From a virus, in the IMG/VR virus record IMGVR_UViG_3300028800_000002, positions 1 to 64,000 of that record: DNA of 64,000 nucleotides. One strand, given 5' to 3'. The position numbers and the translations under genes are program-made. Numbering within the stretch: position 1 is the stretch's first letter; every line of letters starts with the position of its first letter. Positions 9,964 to 18,562 of this stretch are shown here, piece by piece. The notes beneath the pieces were generated by a model, which did no database searches, was not told the origin of the DNA, and worked only from the letters and a program-made list of their open reading frames with translations.

Positions 9964-10415
9964 GCTACCCACGGCTGTTCGACTTCATCGACATGTACAT
10001 AGAGGCTCGGCTACCCAAGAGCGCTTACGTTAGAGAGCCAGGGTTCAAGAGCCTCTATGTGCGTTTGGGGCCTCGGTACTACGGGGAGCTCAATATCTGG
10101 TACAACGCATTGGACATAGCCAACGTGGCTGTCCGTCGGGAGAACTGCGGCACTTTCACTAAGCTCATCGGTGCGCTACAAGCAAGGTACCCAACGCTGG
10201 GCATTTATGTAGAGAATGTCGGGACTGAACGCTTTGCCAAAGGGCTAGTAGGTCACTTGGCTTTTGTGGAATCTGAGTCCAACATGAGCTGCTACTGGTT
10301 GATAAATGAGACTACGCAGATAATCCCTCGTGAGACTATCTGCTGCCCTGTTCTGCCGATTACAGATCAATTACCAATAGAACTGGAAGTGTGCAATGTC
10401 ATCAAGGCTGACTGA
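9960..10415 (+). CDS. GNAT-like acetyltransferase-fold protein (tentative)
   Basis: LDIANVAV..ENCGTFTKLI..IYVENV..RFA resembles GNAT motifs A and B. Confidence 0.4.
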   Translation: MSYPRLFDFIDMYIEARLPKSAYVREPGFKSLYVRLGPRYYGELNIWYNALDIANVAVRRENCGTFTKLIGALQARYPTLGIYVENVGTERFAKGLVGHLAFVESESNMSCYWLINETTQIIPRETICCPVLPITDQLPIELEVCNVIKAD

Positions 10416-10626
10416 CGCCGAGAAGAAATACGTGTCGCAGGTACTCATGACGGCCTGCCGCAATACGCCCTTGGAACCACAGACAACGCTGGTGGGTGTC
10501 TATCTAAAAGAACCCGTTACTCAGTTGCTGGAGAACTGGGATGAAATTCGAAAGAACATTCACCCAGAGGGAACCAAAACCACCGTGGTTCATTCGGACG
10601 TCAAACGGCGCATCATCAAGCCTTAG
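10396..10626 (+). CDS. Hypothetical protein
   Basis: ORF in the coupled run. Confidence 0.6.
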   Translation: MSSRLTDAEKKYVSQVLMTACRNTPLEPQTTLVGVYLKEPVTQLLENWDEIRKNIHPEGTKTTVVHSDVKRRIIKP

Positions 10627-10636
10627 GAGGTGAACC

Positions 10637-10960
10637 ATGGGAGGTTATTACGATAGAGCTACTGCCCTTGTGCAGAGTTGCGCCAAGGTTCTTGAACGCC
10701 ATGGGCAGAAACTTGGGATTCTTCGCGATCTCGAGGCCACTCAGTCCAGCACTTGGCTGAAAGACATGGCTGACGAAATGCGCAAAGCCTGCGAAGAGGA
10801 TGTCGGGACACCAGGTTGGCATGCCTGGATTAGTGCTTTGTTGCTACGGAACAAGCTCATTGAGCGTTCTCTGGGCAATACAACGGCAGCTGACCTAGAG
10901 ATGCGCAAGATCTTGGAAGACGCATTGCGCAAGGCGTTGTCTCATGACGCAGGCAGCTGA
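10637..10960 (+). CDS. Hypothetical protein
   Basis: Strong AGGAGGT RBS. Confidence 0.75.
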   Translation: MGGYYDRATALVQSCAKVLERHGQKLGILRDLEATQSSTWLKDMADEMRKACEEDVGTPGWHAWISALLLRNKLIERSLGNTTAADLEMRKILEDALRKALSHDAGS

Positions 10961-11219
10961 CGATCTGCGCTACCTCAGGGACATCGCGCAGGAAATACAA
11001 GAGCGCGGATATCCAGTGCTTCCTGGCTCTCTGCGCTCGTTTCTAAAGACCAAGTCTGCGCGCCGTGTGGCTGAAATCCTCGAGCAATTAGCGAGGCAAA
11101 ACCTGGATAAGAAAGCTGAGGTGGATCGCGCACAAGCAGCGGTGAATCACCTAAGGGATGACATGCAATGGGCGACAGACGCTCTTTTGCTTGAAGAGCG
11201 ACGCCCCAGAGAAAGGTGA
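10944..11219 (+). CDS. Hypothetical helical protein
   Basis: Overlaps the upstream stop. Confidence 0.65.
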   Translation: MTQAADDLRYLRDIAQEIQERGYPVLPGSLRSFLKTKSARRVAEILEQLARQNLDKKAEVDRAQAAVNHLRDDMQWATDALLLEERRPRER

Positions 11220-11286
11220 TGTCGCTGCAGGTGCTTCCTAGGGCATCTGCGGTTAGGGGCCGGGCATTAGTGCCCGGTCTCTTCTT

Positions 11287-11544
11287 ATGAGCGGAGGAAA
11301 GTTGCGCAAGAGCATTACATTGTTCACCAGGCCCCACCTGGAAGATCCGCAAGTTATCATCGAGAAAAATGGATCAGCTTGGTTGCTTCTGCGTATTAGG
11401 TGGTGGGATTTGTCCGCCTTGTTATGGTGGCTGCTTACCCCTAGCTACAGAAGAGCGAAGTACATTGTCCACTTCGAGAGCGGCATCATGGTCCATTGCT
11501 GCGCAGTCTGCTTATCCGAGAGCTGCTGGGATGTTCCCAGGTAG
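11287..11544 (+). CDS. Hypothetical protein
   Basis: ORF in the co-oriented run. Confidence 0.5.
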   Translation: MSGGKLRKSITLFTRPHLEDPQVIIEKNGSAWLLLRIRWWDLSALLWWLLTPSYRRAKYIVHFESGIMVHCCAVCLSESCWDVPR

Positions 11545-11556
11545 GAATTGAAGTCC

Positions 11557-11778
11557 ATGAGTAATGAAGCACCAGTAATTTCCCTTGCAGAATACCAACG
11601 CCGCGAAGATGCCCTGGAGGGTATTTGTCTCTCCTGTGGGGCAACAGTGTCCGGTGTCGAAGGGGATGCTGAAGAGTACACATGCCCGTCGTGCGGTGAG
11701 GAGAGGGTGCAAGGAATACAAAATGCAATGGTCGATGGTAATGTTCTCATCGAGGGAGCCGAGGAAGGGTTTTTATGA
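11557..11778 (+). CDS. Zinc-ribbon protein
   Basis: GICLSCG...YTCPSCG. Confidence 0.7.
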   Translation: MSNEAPVISLAEYQRREDALEGICLSCGATVSGVEGDAEEYTCPSCGEERVQGIQNAMVDGNVLIEGAEEGFL

Positions 11779-12014
11779 ACAATGAAACTGTGCAGGAAAC
11801 AGAGCATGTAGCGTCCAGCTTTGTGACAGAAGCTTCAGCGCTACTTGCCATTGCCAAAGTGCTTTCTGGCATGCCGCATTCTCAAGCATTACGCGTGCTT
11901 GCCATGGCATGCCTGGTTTGCGAGAGGTACGACGAGGCCTTGAGGGTGACACAAGATTTGATGGACGCTTCTGATGGAAGCTTCACCCATACCGTGCCAA
12001 CATCGAGTCCATGA
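11775..12014 (+). CDS. Hypothetical protein
   Basis: ATGA overlap; GAGG RBS. Confidence 0.65.
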   Translation: MNNETVQETEHVASSFVTEASALLAIAKVLSGMPHSQALRVLAMACLVCERYDEALRVTQDLMDASDGSFTHTVPTSSP

Positions 12015-12196
12015 CGTTTTCTGAATATGCGAATTACCGATTCATAGAACTTCTCATCAGCTGGGGATTTTGGCTGCTGGTGTTTGCGGGTATTGGTGGT
12101 GTGAAATTGGCGCTGTTTGTACGAGATGTACGGCGCAGTCACCGGGAGTTCGAACGTTTGAGCAAAAAGCTCATGGAAGGTATCGATGAGGATTGA
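12011..12196 (+). CDS. Small single-pass membrane protein
   Basis: Hydrophobic stretch LLISWGFWLLVFAGIGGVKLALFV; ATGA overlap. Confidence 0.6.
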   Translation: MTFSEYANYRFIELLISWGFWLLVFAGIGGVKLALFVRDVRRSHREFERLSKKLMEGIDED

Positions 12197-12198
12197 CT

Positions 12199-12354
12199 AT
12201 GGTAAAGCGTCACGAGCACGGCGACCCTGACATTGATCCTTGGTACGTTCACGCTGTGTTGAATAGTCCACGGCTCACGTTCTTGACTCTGCTGATCGTG
12301 AGCCTTCTTTCAGCGGCACTTCTTACGGTGCTCATCGTGTCTGATTACAGGTGA
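12199..12354 (+). CDS. Small membrane protein (51 aa, absent from the ORF track)
   Basis: GAGG RBS; translates MVKRHEHGDPDIDPWYVHAVLNSPRLTFLTLLIVSLLSAALLTVLIVSDYR. Confidence 0.6.
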   Translation: MVKRHEHGDPDIDPWYVHAVLNSPRLTFLTLLIVSLLSAALLTVLIVSDYR

Positions 12355-12358
12355 AGCT

Positions 12359-12556
12359 ATGCAGTACAGGCTACGATTCCATGGGCGCCAGCGCGGTGCT
12401 ATTGGAATCTTTTACGACGTTGAACACGAGGTGGATGCTGCCAACGAGGCAGAAGCTATTGACCTCACAATGGAAAAGTACGAGCCATGCCCAGGTGGGC
12501 AGTGGGGATCCGAGATCAAAGTGACTATGCTTGGAGAACCTGACGATGGCCCCTAA
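12359..12556 (+). CDS. Small hypothetical protein
   Basis: ORF in the run. Confidence 0.6.
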   Translation: MQYRLRFHGRQRGAIGIFYDVEHEVDAANEAEAIDLTMEKYEPCPGGQWGSEIKVTMLGEPDDGP

Positions 12557-12968
12557 AGAGCGTATACCTAAGATCGGGGAATTTTGGTACTCGACGAGGA
12601 TCAAGCCGGGAACTAATGAGCAATACGTTGAGCGCTGGGAAGTTGATCGTGTACTAACCTCTAGGCTTGTGCTGCGGCGCGGGAAGGATAGGACGGTTAC
12701 CATCAGTCGAAAAACTCAGAGAGAGGTCGGGGCTTCTGGCTTCTTCATGTCCATGTATTACCCCAACATAGGCGACCGTGGGCTTGAACTTGAGCACGCA
12801 TTTCGTCTGCAGGTGGCTAAGTACAGGCTCGTCTCTGCGGTACAGGATCTTCAGAAAGCAATGGAAGATAACGAGCAGCACTTGGGCATTACCCGATACT
12901 TATCTGCTGCCAAGAGCATTGAGGATTTGACGTTGGAAATAATAGGTACATCCGATGCGAAAGACTAG
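12546..12968 (+). CDS. Hypothetical protein
   Basis: GGAG RBS before ATG 12546. Confidence 0.7.
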   Translation: MAPKERIPKIGEFWYSTRIKPGTNEQYVERWEVDRVLTSRLVLRRGKDRTVTISRKTQREVGASGFFMSMYYPNIGDRGLELEHAFRLQVAKYRLVSAVQDLQKAMEDNEQHLGITRYLSAAKSIEDLTLEIIGTSDAKD

Positions 12969-13362
12969 CGAACTGAAGGAATTGGAGCGGCACCGAGATA
13001 TCGCGCAAAGGGCCGTCTCCGTTACTGACTTCCTGTGCATCCATGGGTTCTTGCCCGATGTGCAGACGAGGCTGATGGCAGCCCGCGTGATGAAGTACTT
13101 GTACAAGTACAAGTTCACCCTCGTGGATAAAGGGTTCAAGGACTACATGGTTCTGCTGCCAGGGGTCAAGCCAAACAAAAAGTGTCGAGTGCTTCTTGGA
13201 GAAGGCGAGGAAGCCACACCGCCGTGGCGTCCAAGACGGGGAGCAATCCCTGGGAGAGAGGTTATTCATGACGACAGTAAGTGTGGACACCGACGATCCG
13301 GGGCTTCGAGAAGAACTGCACCAGCTCGTCGTGTCGTGTCGAAGAGACGCGCTGCCACCTGA
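12955..13362 (+). CDS. Hypothetical protein
   Basis: Overlaps the upstream stop; 3' end overlaps the next gene by about 95 nt. Confidence 0.55.
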   Translation: MRKTSELKELERHRDIAQRAVSVTDFLCIHGFLPDVQTRLMAARVMKYLYKYKFTLVDKGFKDYMVLLPGVKPNKKCRVLLGEGEEATPPWRPRRGAIPGREVIHDDSKCGHRRSGASRRTAPARRVVSKRRAAT

Positions 13363-13669
13363 CGTGGCTTCACTGAAGGTCATCAACCTTCTGAAGACCT
13401 ATGCGCATTTCACTCAGGGCGAGGTCACTGCAGAAGAGGTCAACTACTACATCAGTTCCCTCATCGAATGGATTACCAAAACCATCAAAAGCCAAGATCC
13501 CAAGGGTATCGAAGCCATCTGCAGTCTATGGGATGGCGAAGATTGGAAAAGCATCCAAGAAAAGCTATTGACTGATGGAAGCACTTGGCATGTTTGGTGG
13601 ATGGACGGTGTACGCAAGTACATCGCCATCGATCGTGGCTGGCTGCCGAAGGGGTCGGTCTCCGGATGA
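13268..13669 (+). CDS. Hypothetical protein
   Basis: GAGG RBS before ATG 13268; ATGA overlap with the methyltransferase. Confidence 0.7.
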   Translation: MTTVSVDTDDPGLREELHQLVVSCRRDALPPDVASLKVINLLKTYAHFTQGEVTAEEVNYYISSLIEWITKTIKSQDPKGIEAICSLWDGEDWKSIQEKLLTDGSTWHVWWMDGVRKYIAIDRGWLPKGSVSG

Positions 13670-14523
13670 ACAGGATAATTCTTGGAGAAAATTCAAAGGT
13701 CATACCTGATCTTCCAAAGTGTAGTTGTTCCCTCATCTACATTGATCCCCCGTTCAATAGCGGAAAAGTGCAGTATAGAGACGTCGTCTCTGTAGCTAGG
13801 GCTGGTGGTGTTGGGGATCGTATAGGGTTCGGTGATAAACGCTACAAGGTATTGTCAAGTCACATGAATGTTGGCTCGTTCAACGACTCCTTCAATGACT
13901 ACGAGCATTGGCTCGTATCTAGGATTGAGGCGGCCATCGACTGTCTTACCGATAATGGCTCGTTGATAGTGCACCAAGATTGTTGGGAGGTGCACTACAT
14001 CAAAGTAGCATTGGACAAGTTGTTTGGCAGTAGAGACCACTTCATAAATGAGATCATTCGATCTTACGATTACGGAGGCAAGAGCAGGAAGCGCTGGCCC
14101 CGTGGGCACGAGAACCTACTGTGGTACGCGGTCAATCCACGGGATTTCATCTTCAACCACGACGACATCGACCGTGTCCCATACATGGCTCCTAAACTAG
14201 TGGGGCCCGTCAAGGCCGCAGCGGGAAAAGTTCCCACTGATTCTTGGTGGTACTCAATTGAAGGTACTAAAGGCCATGAATGGACAGACAATCAGTACGC
14301 GACTCAAAAACCAGTAAAGTTGCTTGAGCGTATAGTGAAAGTACATTCCATGCCTGGTGACACAGTGCTGGACTTCTTTGCTGGGTCAGGTACCACTGGT
14401 GCAGCCGCGGCAAGGCATGGAAGAGACTTCATCCTCGTTGACAACAATCCTAATGCCATTCGGATTGCAAGAAACCGTCTCTCCAAATATAATCCAACTA
14501 ATACCGATTACTCATTGGACTAG
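13666..14523 (+). CDS. Orphan DNA methyltransferase, N4C/N6A beta class
   Basis: Motif IV IYIDPPFN precedes TQKP and motif I VLDFFAGSGTTG. Confidence 0.92.
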   Translation: MNRIILGENSKVIPDLPKCSCSLIYIDPPFNSGKVQYRDVVSVARAGGVGDRIGFGDKRYKVLSSHMNVGSFNDSFNDYEHWLVSRIEAAIDCLTDNGSLIVHQDCWEVHYIKVALDKLFGSRDHFINEIIRSYDYGGKSRKRWPRGHENLLWYAVNPRDFIFNHDDIDRVPYMAPKLVGPVKAAAGKVPTDSWWYSIEGTKGHEWTDNQYATQKPVKLLERIVKVHSMPGDTVLDFFAGSGTTGAAAARHGRDFILVDNNPNAIRIARNRLSKYNPTNTDYSLD

Positions 14524-14532
14524 GATTTACCT

Positions 14533-14760
14533 ATGGACGCATTGGACGTTAGAGTTACTTGGGTTCCACGAGCGGACCATTACAAGGTTAGTCTGATCAT
14601 TGGGAAGCATCATTTCACCAGCTTCCCGAACAAAGAGGAGTACAGTACGAAGGAAGGTATTGCCGATCCTATCGCTGAGGCTGCTAGGATCAAAGCAGAT
14701 TTGGTGGCCACTCTTCAGGCGAATCTACCCAATGGAACGATACAAGAACAGCGAATCTGA
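14533..14760 (+). CDS. Hypothetical protein
   Basis: TAGGAT-N6-ATG leaderless-type start. Confidence 0.6.
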   Translation: MDALDVRVTWVPRADHYKVSLIIGKHHFTSFPNKEEYSTKEGIADPIAEAARIKADLVATLQANLPNGTIQEQRI

Positions 14761-14851
14761 GCCAAGCAGTACACTGTTCCTCGTCTTGGCCCTGGCGATG
14801 GTGTTGGGGCCTCTGCTTGGACTATTCCTCAAAAGGTGGATCGCATTATGA
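14732..14851 (+). CDS. Small single-pass membrane peptide (39 aa)
   Basis: TLFLVLALAMVLGPLLGLFLKRW; stop overlaps the next ATG (ATGA). Confidence 0.5.
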   Translation: MERYKNSESEPSSTLFLVLALAMVLGPLLGLFLKRWIAL

Positions 14852-15123
14852 ATGAGACTCAGACCTTTCGCCCCGGGGAGATAATACAACTCACCGAGCT
14901 AGCGGTAAGAGAAAACCTGCCAGCGCACGCCACTGAGGACGATATGTACGCGGCGCTCGACCGCTGCGGCATGGCAGTGGAAGAGATCTTTGAGGAGATT
15001 GATCGCCTTTTCATGGGCAGGGATGCCCCAGTGGAGGCTATGGCATTTGTGATTCGCGATATCCTCTTTCAACGTTACGGCGAGAGACTGGATGAAGTTG
15101 CTGGACATCGCATTTGCTTTTGA
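14848..15123 (+). CDS. Acidic hypothetical protein
   Basis: AAGGT RBS; ATGA overlap. Confidence 0.65.
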   Translation: MNETQTFRPGEIIQLTELAVRENLPAHATEDDMYAALDRCGMAVEEIFEEIDRLFMGRDAPVEAMAFVIRDILFQRYGERLDEVAGHRICF

Positions 15124-15135
15124 ATAGGAATAGAC

Positions 15136-15429
15136 ATGGCCTGTAAGTGCGACAATTGCCAGCGTGATGAAGACGAAGTTGAAATCCACCACGTATGCGA
15201 AGACTGTATGGCTCCCGCTCAGCCTGCTGCCTCAAATGAGATTCCAGACCACATCAGCAAAGTCTGGGATCTCCTAATCGACGTGCAGGCTGATCCAAGT
15301 CACGTGCATCACATTTTGACCATGCACCCCAAGGAGCTCGACGTGTATCTCCTGCACGCTATGGCCGCTATTCAACTTGCCTGTGAAGTGCTGGAAAAGG
15401 CCTACCCATACACGGGACCAGAGTTCTAG
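15136..15429 (+). CDS. Hypothetical protein with N-terminal zinc finger
   Basis: CKCDNC...VCEDC; AGGA RBS. Confidence 0.7.
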   Translation: MACKCDNCQRDEDEVEIHHVCEDCMAPAQPAASNEIPDHISKVWDLLIDVQADPSHVHHILTMHPKELDVYLLHAMAAIQLACEVLEKAYPYTGPEF

Positions 15430-15431
15430 AC

Positions 15432-15518
15432 ATGGAGACTGTGCGCACGCTATTGATGTCTGCCACAGTCGCGCTGTTCATGATGGCTTCAATAGTGGCT
15501 TGGTGTACACGGAGCTAA
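15432..15518 (+). CDS. Small hydrophobic peptide (28 aa, absent from the ORF track)
   Basis: METVRTLLMSATVALFMMASIVAWCTRS; lies between the upstream stop and a terminator. Confidence 0.45.
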   Translation: METVRTLLMSATVALFMMASIVAWCTRS

Positions 15519-15547
15519 AGAAAAGGCGTTCCCTGTGGAGCGCCTTT
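15513..15547. terminator. Intrinsic terminator between convergent genes
   Basis: AAAGGCG/CGCCTTT stem; minus-strand tail TTTTCTTTAGCT. Confidence 0.7.
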
Positions 15548-15571
15548 CTCGCAACAAAGCCTTTTTCTTAG

Positions 15572-16108
15572 CTACTTGGCATTGGTACGAGGTTCGGGGC
15601 ATTTCTCTCTCATGATGGAAGACAGCCTCTTGATGTTTGCGCGGCAAGAGCGGTTTGTAGGCTCAAGTTCCAAGGCTTGGTTCCATAGTTCGAGCGCCTT
15701 GCTGGGCTCTTCACGGTAAGCGGCGAGACCCCGTTCGAACAGCTCCATGGCGATGTCGTGTACATCCGATGCCATGATATCGAGTGGGTGCTCGCTACGT
15801 CGGTTCTCCATGGAACGGATGCATTGAAGCTGCTCTGGGGTAAGGTCTTCCCAGATGCGCGGCAATCGTTGCAGTACTTGCCGGTGCATGGCAGAGGCAG
15901 CCTGCAGTAGGACTTCCTCTAGATTGCTTTTGTTCAATAGAGGTTTGTAGCTGCGCTCAGCCCTGTGGCAACAGTATCCCTTGTGCATGACGCAGGTCAC
16001 CACTAGGCTGCTGCGCTCTACAATCTCTGTTTGCACGTGTACTCGAACATCTTGTGATATCTCTGCGTTTGTTGAATTCACAACTCCAGTCAGTAATCTA
16101 GTTTCCAT
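15572..16108 (-). CDS. Hypothetical protein with C-terminal TPR-like motif
   Basis: KALELWNQALELEPTNRSCRANIKRL. Confidence 0.6.
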   Translation of the reverse strand: METRLLTGVVNSTNAEISQDVRVHVQTEIVERSSLVVTCVMHKGYCCHRAERSYKPLLNKSNLEEVLLQAASAMHRQVLQRLPRIWEDLTPEQLQCIRSMENRRSEHPLDIMASDVHDIAMELFERGLAAYREEPSKALELWNQALELEPTNRSCRANIKRLSSIMREKCPEPRTNAK

Positions 16109-16118
16109 TGTTTCCCCC

Positions 16119-16385
16119 TTAGCTTAGTGGTGGTTGAGAGCTGATCCTTAGCCTGGTAAGCCCATCAGAGACCACTCGAACTCTTCGCTGAATGTCTTCT
16201 GGGATTTTGTCGCTGAACAAAACATGAGCTACTTGAGCTGACATCAAGACCAACCTCTTGCGACGATCAGTCAATAGTCTCCAGCCGTCGAGCAACTCAT
16301 TTATTGGGACTTCCACTTCAGAGAGCTTGTTCAGGTACAGCAGTGCCTCGAGCCCCTGGATTTCTTCCTCGTTCATTGTAGACAT
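16119..16385 (-). CDS. Hypothetical protein
   Basis: AGGAGG RBS and an upstream repeat promoter. Confidence 0.75.
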   Translation of the reverse strand: MSTMNEEEIQGLEALLYLNKLSEVEVPINELLDGWRLLTDRRKRLVLMSAQVAHVLFSDKIPEDIQRRVRVVSDGLTRLRISSQPPLS

Positions 16386-16407
16386 GGCAGGTCCTCCTTC
16401 TGCCTTT

Positions 16408-16439
16408 CTTATTCCCTTTTTACCGACGTATTTACGCGG
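16408..16439 (-). promoter_or_regulatory. Repeat promoter copy
   Basis: CGTAAA-N17(ends GGG)-AATAAG-AAAGGCAGAAGGAGG-ATG. Confidence 0.7.
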
Positions 16440-16501
16440 AAACCCCCTGCATTCTAGATGCTGCAGCTTTCATGCTAAGCTTGATTCGTAGGAGTCACCA
16501 A

Positions 16502-17014
16502 ATGCCCAGATGGCACAATCAAGTCGGAGCTAGTGTTCTAGCCGCAAACCAAGCCAGCATTGCCGGCCCTGTGGCGATCTATGGAGCGAGTTGCTATCTG
16601 GACGTAGAACGGCAGACTACCTTGCATGGCGTAGTCACACTCGGGGACACTGCGGCAGATGAGCTTATTGTCAACGCTACCGAGGAAACTGCTGGAGTTC
16701 GCGGAACGGAGATGGTTGATAGGGCTAGGCTCCTCAATATCGGTGACGCAAACTACACGATGGTAATTACCGATGTGCGGGATTACTACCTTGCTCTGCC
16801 AGCCACAGGCACAAGGACATTCAAACTCTTGGTGTCTGGAAACTTGGCGGGCCATGCCGTTTGGATTATCAATGGGGGCTCGATAGACCTGCAGATCAAT
16901 AACACCGCTGACAACCACTACGGAACTTTACCTGCTGGGTTTAGCGCGCATTACCTTCGCGATGGCACCACATGGGACTTGATAGCCCTCTGCCCTAATA
17001 CATACCCGAGCTAA
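16502..17014 (+). CDS. Fibre-like beta-rich protein (tentative)
   Basis: AGGAG RBS; beta-rich; C-terminal AHYLRDGTTW resembles fibre tips. Confidence 0.5.
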   Translation: MPRWHNQVGASVLAANQASIAGPVAIYGASCYLDVERQTTLHGVVTLGDTAADELIVNATEETAGVRGTEMVDRARLLNIGDANYTMVITDVRDYYLALPATGTRTFKLLVSGNLAGHAVWIINGGSIDLQINNTADNHYGTLPAGFSAHYLRDGTTWDLIALCPNTYPS

Positions 17015-17073
17015 GTCATGTTGTCGGCTAGGGTTATCCTTAGTATGGTAGAGCGAGTATCGAGGCACAATTC

Positions 17074-17667
17074 ATGACCGACTTAGAGCTGGCACAGGAT
17101 GTAGCGACTAAAACTGCAGAGAGACTTCGTGAGGTATGGGTAGAAGAGCTCAATGCCCTAAGGGACCAGTGGCTCATGGATCTGGGGAAGTTACGAGATG
17201 ACTTGACTGTTGAGGGGCTTATCAGGGGAGCCTCGTGTGGCCTCGATTGCCCATTGCGCAAGAAAGTTACGTCTTCCGTCAAGGGTGCAACCGTGCTGGT
17301 GGTCGATGACTACCCAGGGGTGAAGACCGTGTTGGTGCGAATCCTTGAAGACGCCGGCATGCATACCTTTGGAGCTACCACTGGGGCTGAGGCAATTGTC
17401 ATTCTTGCCGAGCAAAAAGACATTGACGTTGTAATTTCAGACGCCGTAATGCCAAAGAACGGGCATTCGTTGCTTGAGTTTGTGCGCGAGACTTACCCCA
17501 CGATAGAAGTCATCATGACCAGTGGTTACACCAATGTATCGGAGAAAGCGCGTGAGCTCGGTGCATTTTGCTTTCTACCGAAGCCATTCTCCGCAGATCA
17601 GGCTGTGATGTTGATTGAGAAGGCTGTCGAGTTGAGGCGCTTCAAGATGGCACGGGCAAAGCCGTAG
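17074..17667 (+). CDS. Response regulator: N-terminal coiled segment plus C-terminal REC domain
   Basis: VLVVDD, DVVISDAVMP (phospho-acceptor Asp), IMTSGY and FLPKPF are all intact. Confidence 0.9.
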   Translation: MTDLELAQDVATKTAERLREVWVEELNALRDQWLMDLGKLRDDLTVEGLIRGASCGLDCPLRKKVTSSVKGATVLVVDDYPGVKTVLVRILEDAGMHTFGATTGAEAIVILAEQKDIDVVISDAVMPKNGHSLLEFVRETYPTIEVIMTSGYTNVSEKARELGAFCFLPKPFSADQAVMLIEKAVELRRFKMARAKP

Positions 17668-17695
17668 CTAAGAAAACAGCCCTGCAGCTGCTTTC
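17666..17695. terminator. Intrinsic terminator between convergent genes
   Basis: CAGC/GCTG stem; minus tail TTTTCTTAGCT. Confidence 0.55.
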
Positions 17696-17703
17696 AACTC
17701 TAA

Positions 17704-18243
17704 CTACTCAAGCTCCACAAGGCCAAGATCGTTGATGGCACTTAGCGTGACCGCCAACTTCTCAGTCAATGGGAAGATGGCAAGGATGTGCTCAGCCGGA
17801 TTGGTATAGAAAACGTAGTGCTCGAGAGTTGTATCTGCCCGCACGACGTTTTCATCCAAGTCCGCTTGCCTGTGCTGATGGTAGTTTTGCTGCCTAATAT
17901 TAGCTATGCCAGCGCCAAGGTCTTCCTGGTTAGCAAATTGTGTGAGAGCCCCTTTGAACGTACAGCGCGATTTGTGGCGCCCCTTGCCCGATGTTAGGTA
18001 GCATTCAAAGATTTCAGTTTGCGTGGGCTCGAATGAGAATTGAGCTTGGTGCTTCACCACCTCAAATGCCCAAGGTGTCCCAGGCTGGCAGCCTTTGATA
18101 AGGCCTTGCGCTTGGAGAGTTGTGCAGATGGATTTGGGAGTTAGGATGCGAGTATTGGCGTAGGCGCTGTAGCAGATGCTGACCGCAAAGAGGATTGCTG
18201 TAGTGAGGCTTAGTTGTTTCGTGGAGTAATTGAAGTTGTACAT
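17704..18243 (-). CDS. Secreted hypothetical protein
   Basis: Signal-peptide-like N-terminus; AGAAGGAG RBS; repeat promoter. Confidence 0.7.
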   Translation of the reverse strand: MYNFNYSTKQLSLTTAILFAVSICYSAYANTRILTPKSICTTLQAQGLIKGCQPGTPWAFEVVKHQAQFSFEPTQTEIFECYLTSGKGRHKSRCTFKGALTQFANQEDLGAGIANIRQQNYHQHRQADLDENVVRADTTLEHYVFYTNPAEHILAIFPLTEKLAVTLSAINDLGLVELE

Positions 18244-18263
18244 GGCATTCTCCTTCTACTCTT

Positions 18264-18292
18264 CTTATCCCCGCTTTTGCATGGTAATTGAG
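18264..18292 (-). promoter_or_regulatory. Repeat promoter copy
   Basis: CTCAAT-N17(ends CGGG)-GATAAG-AAGAGTAGAAGGAG. Confidence 0.75.
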
Positions 18293-18293
18293 G

Positions 18294-18321
18294 AGCTAAA
18301 GAAACGGCGAGGGCCCGTTTC
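18294..18321 (-). terminator. Intrinsic terminator
   Basis: GAAACGG/CCGTTTC stem; tail TTTAGCT runs into the next -35. Confidence 0.7.
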
Positions 18322-18327
18322 AATACG

Positions 18328-18561
18328 TCACGTGGTCATGTACGTCATGTAAGTCATCTTGCAGAGAGAAGTTCTCAAGTACAACTCTGGCTTACTATCT
18401 AGAACCAACGTGGTCTTCCTGACTCCAGATCGAGCGAAGGTTTCAGCGTCGACCTGGCTGCAATGTGCCCCGTCTTCCCTACTGAACAATGGGCACTTCC
18501 ACGAGCAATGGTCATGGTCTTCAATACAGGCAGTGGCAAGTACAACTAAAACTCTTGGCAT
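18328..18561 (-). CDS. Small Cys-rich hypothetical protein
   Basis: HCSWKCPLF...HC...C; followed by a terminator. Confidence 0.55.
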   Translation of the reverse strand: MPRVLVVLATACIEDHDHCSWKCPLFSREDGAHCSQVDAETFARSGVRKTTLVLDSKPELYLRTSLCKMTYMTYMTT

Positions 18562-18562
18562 A

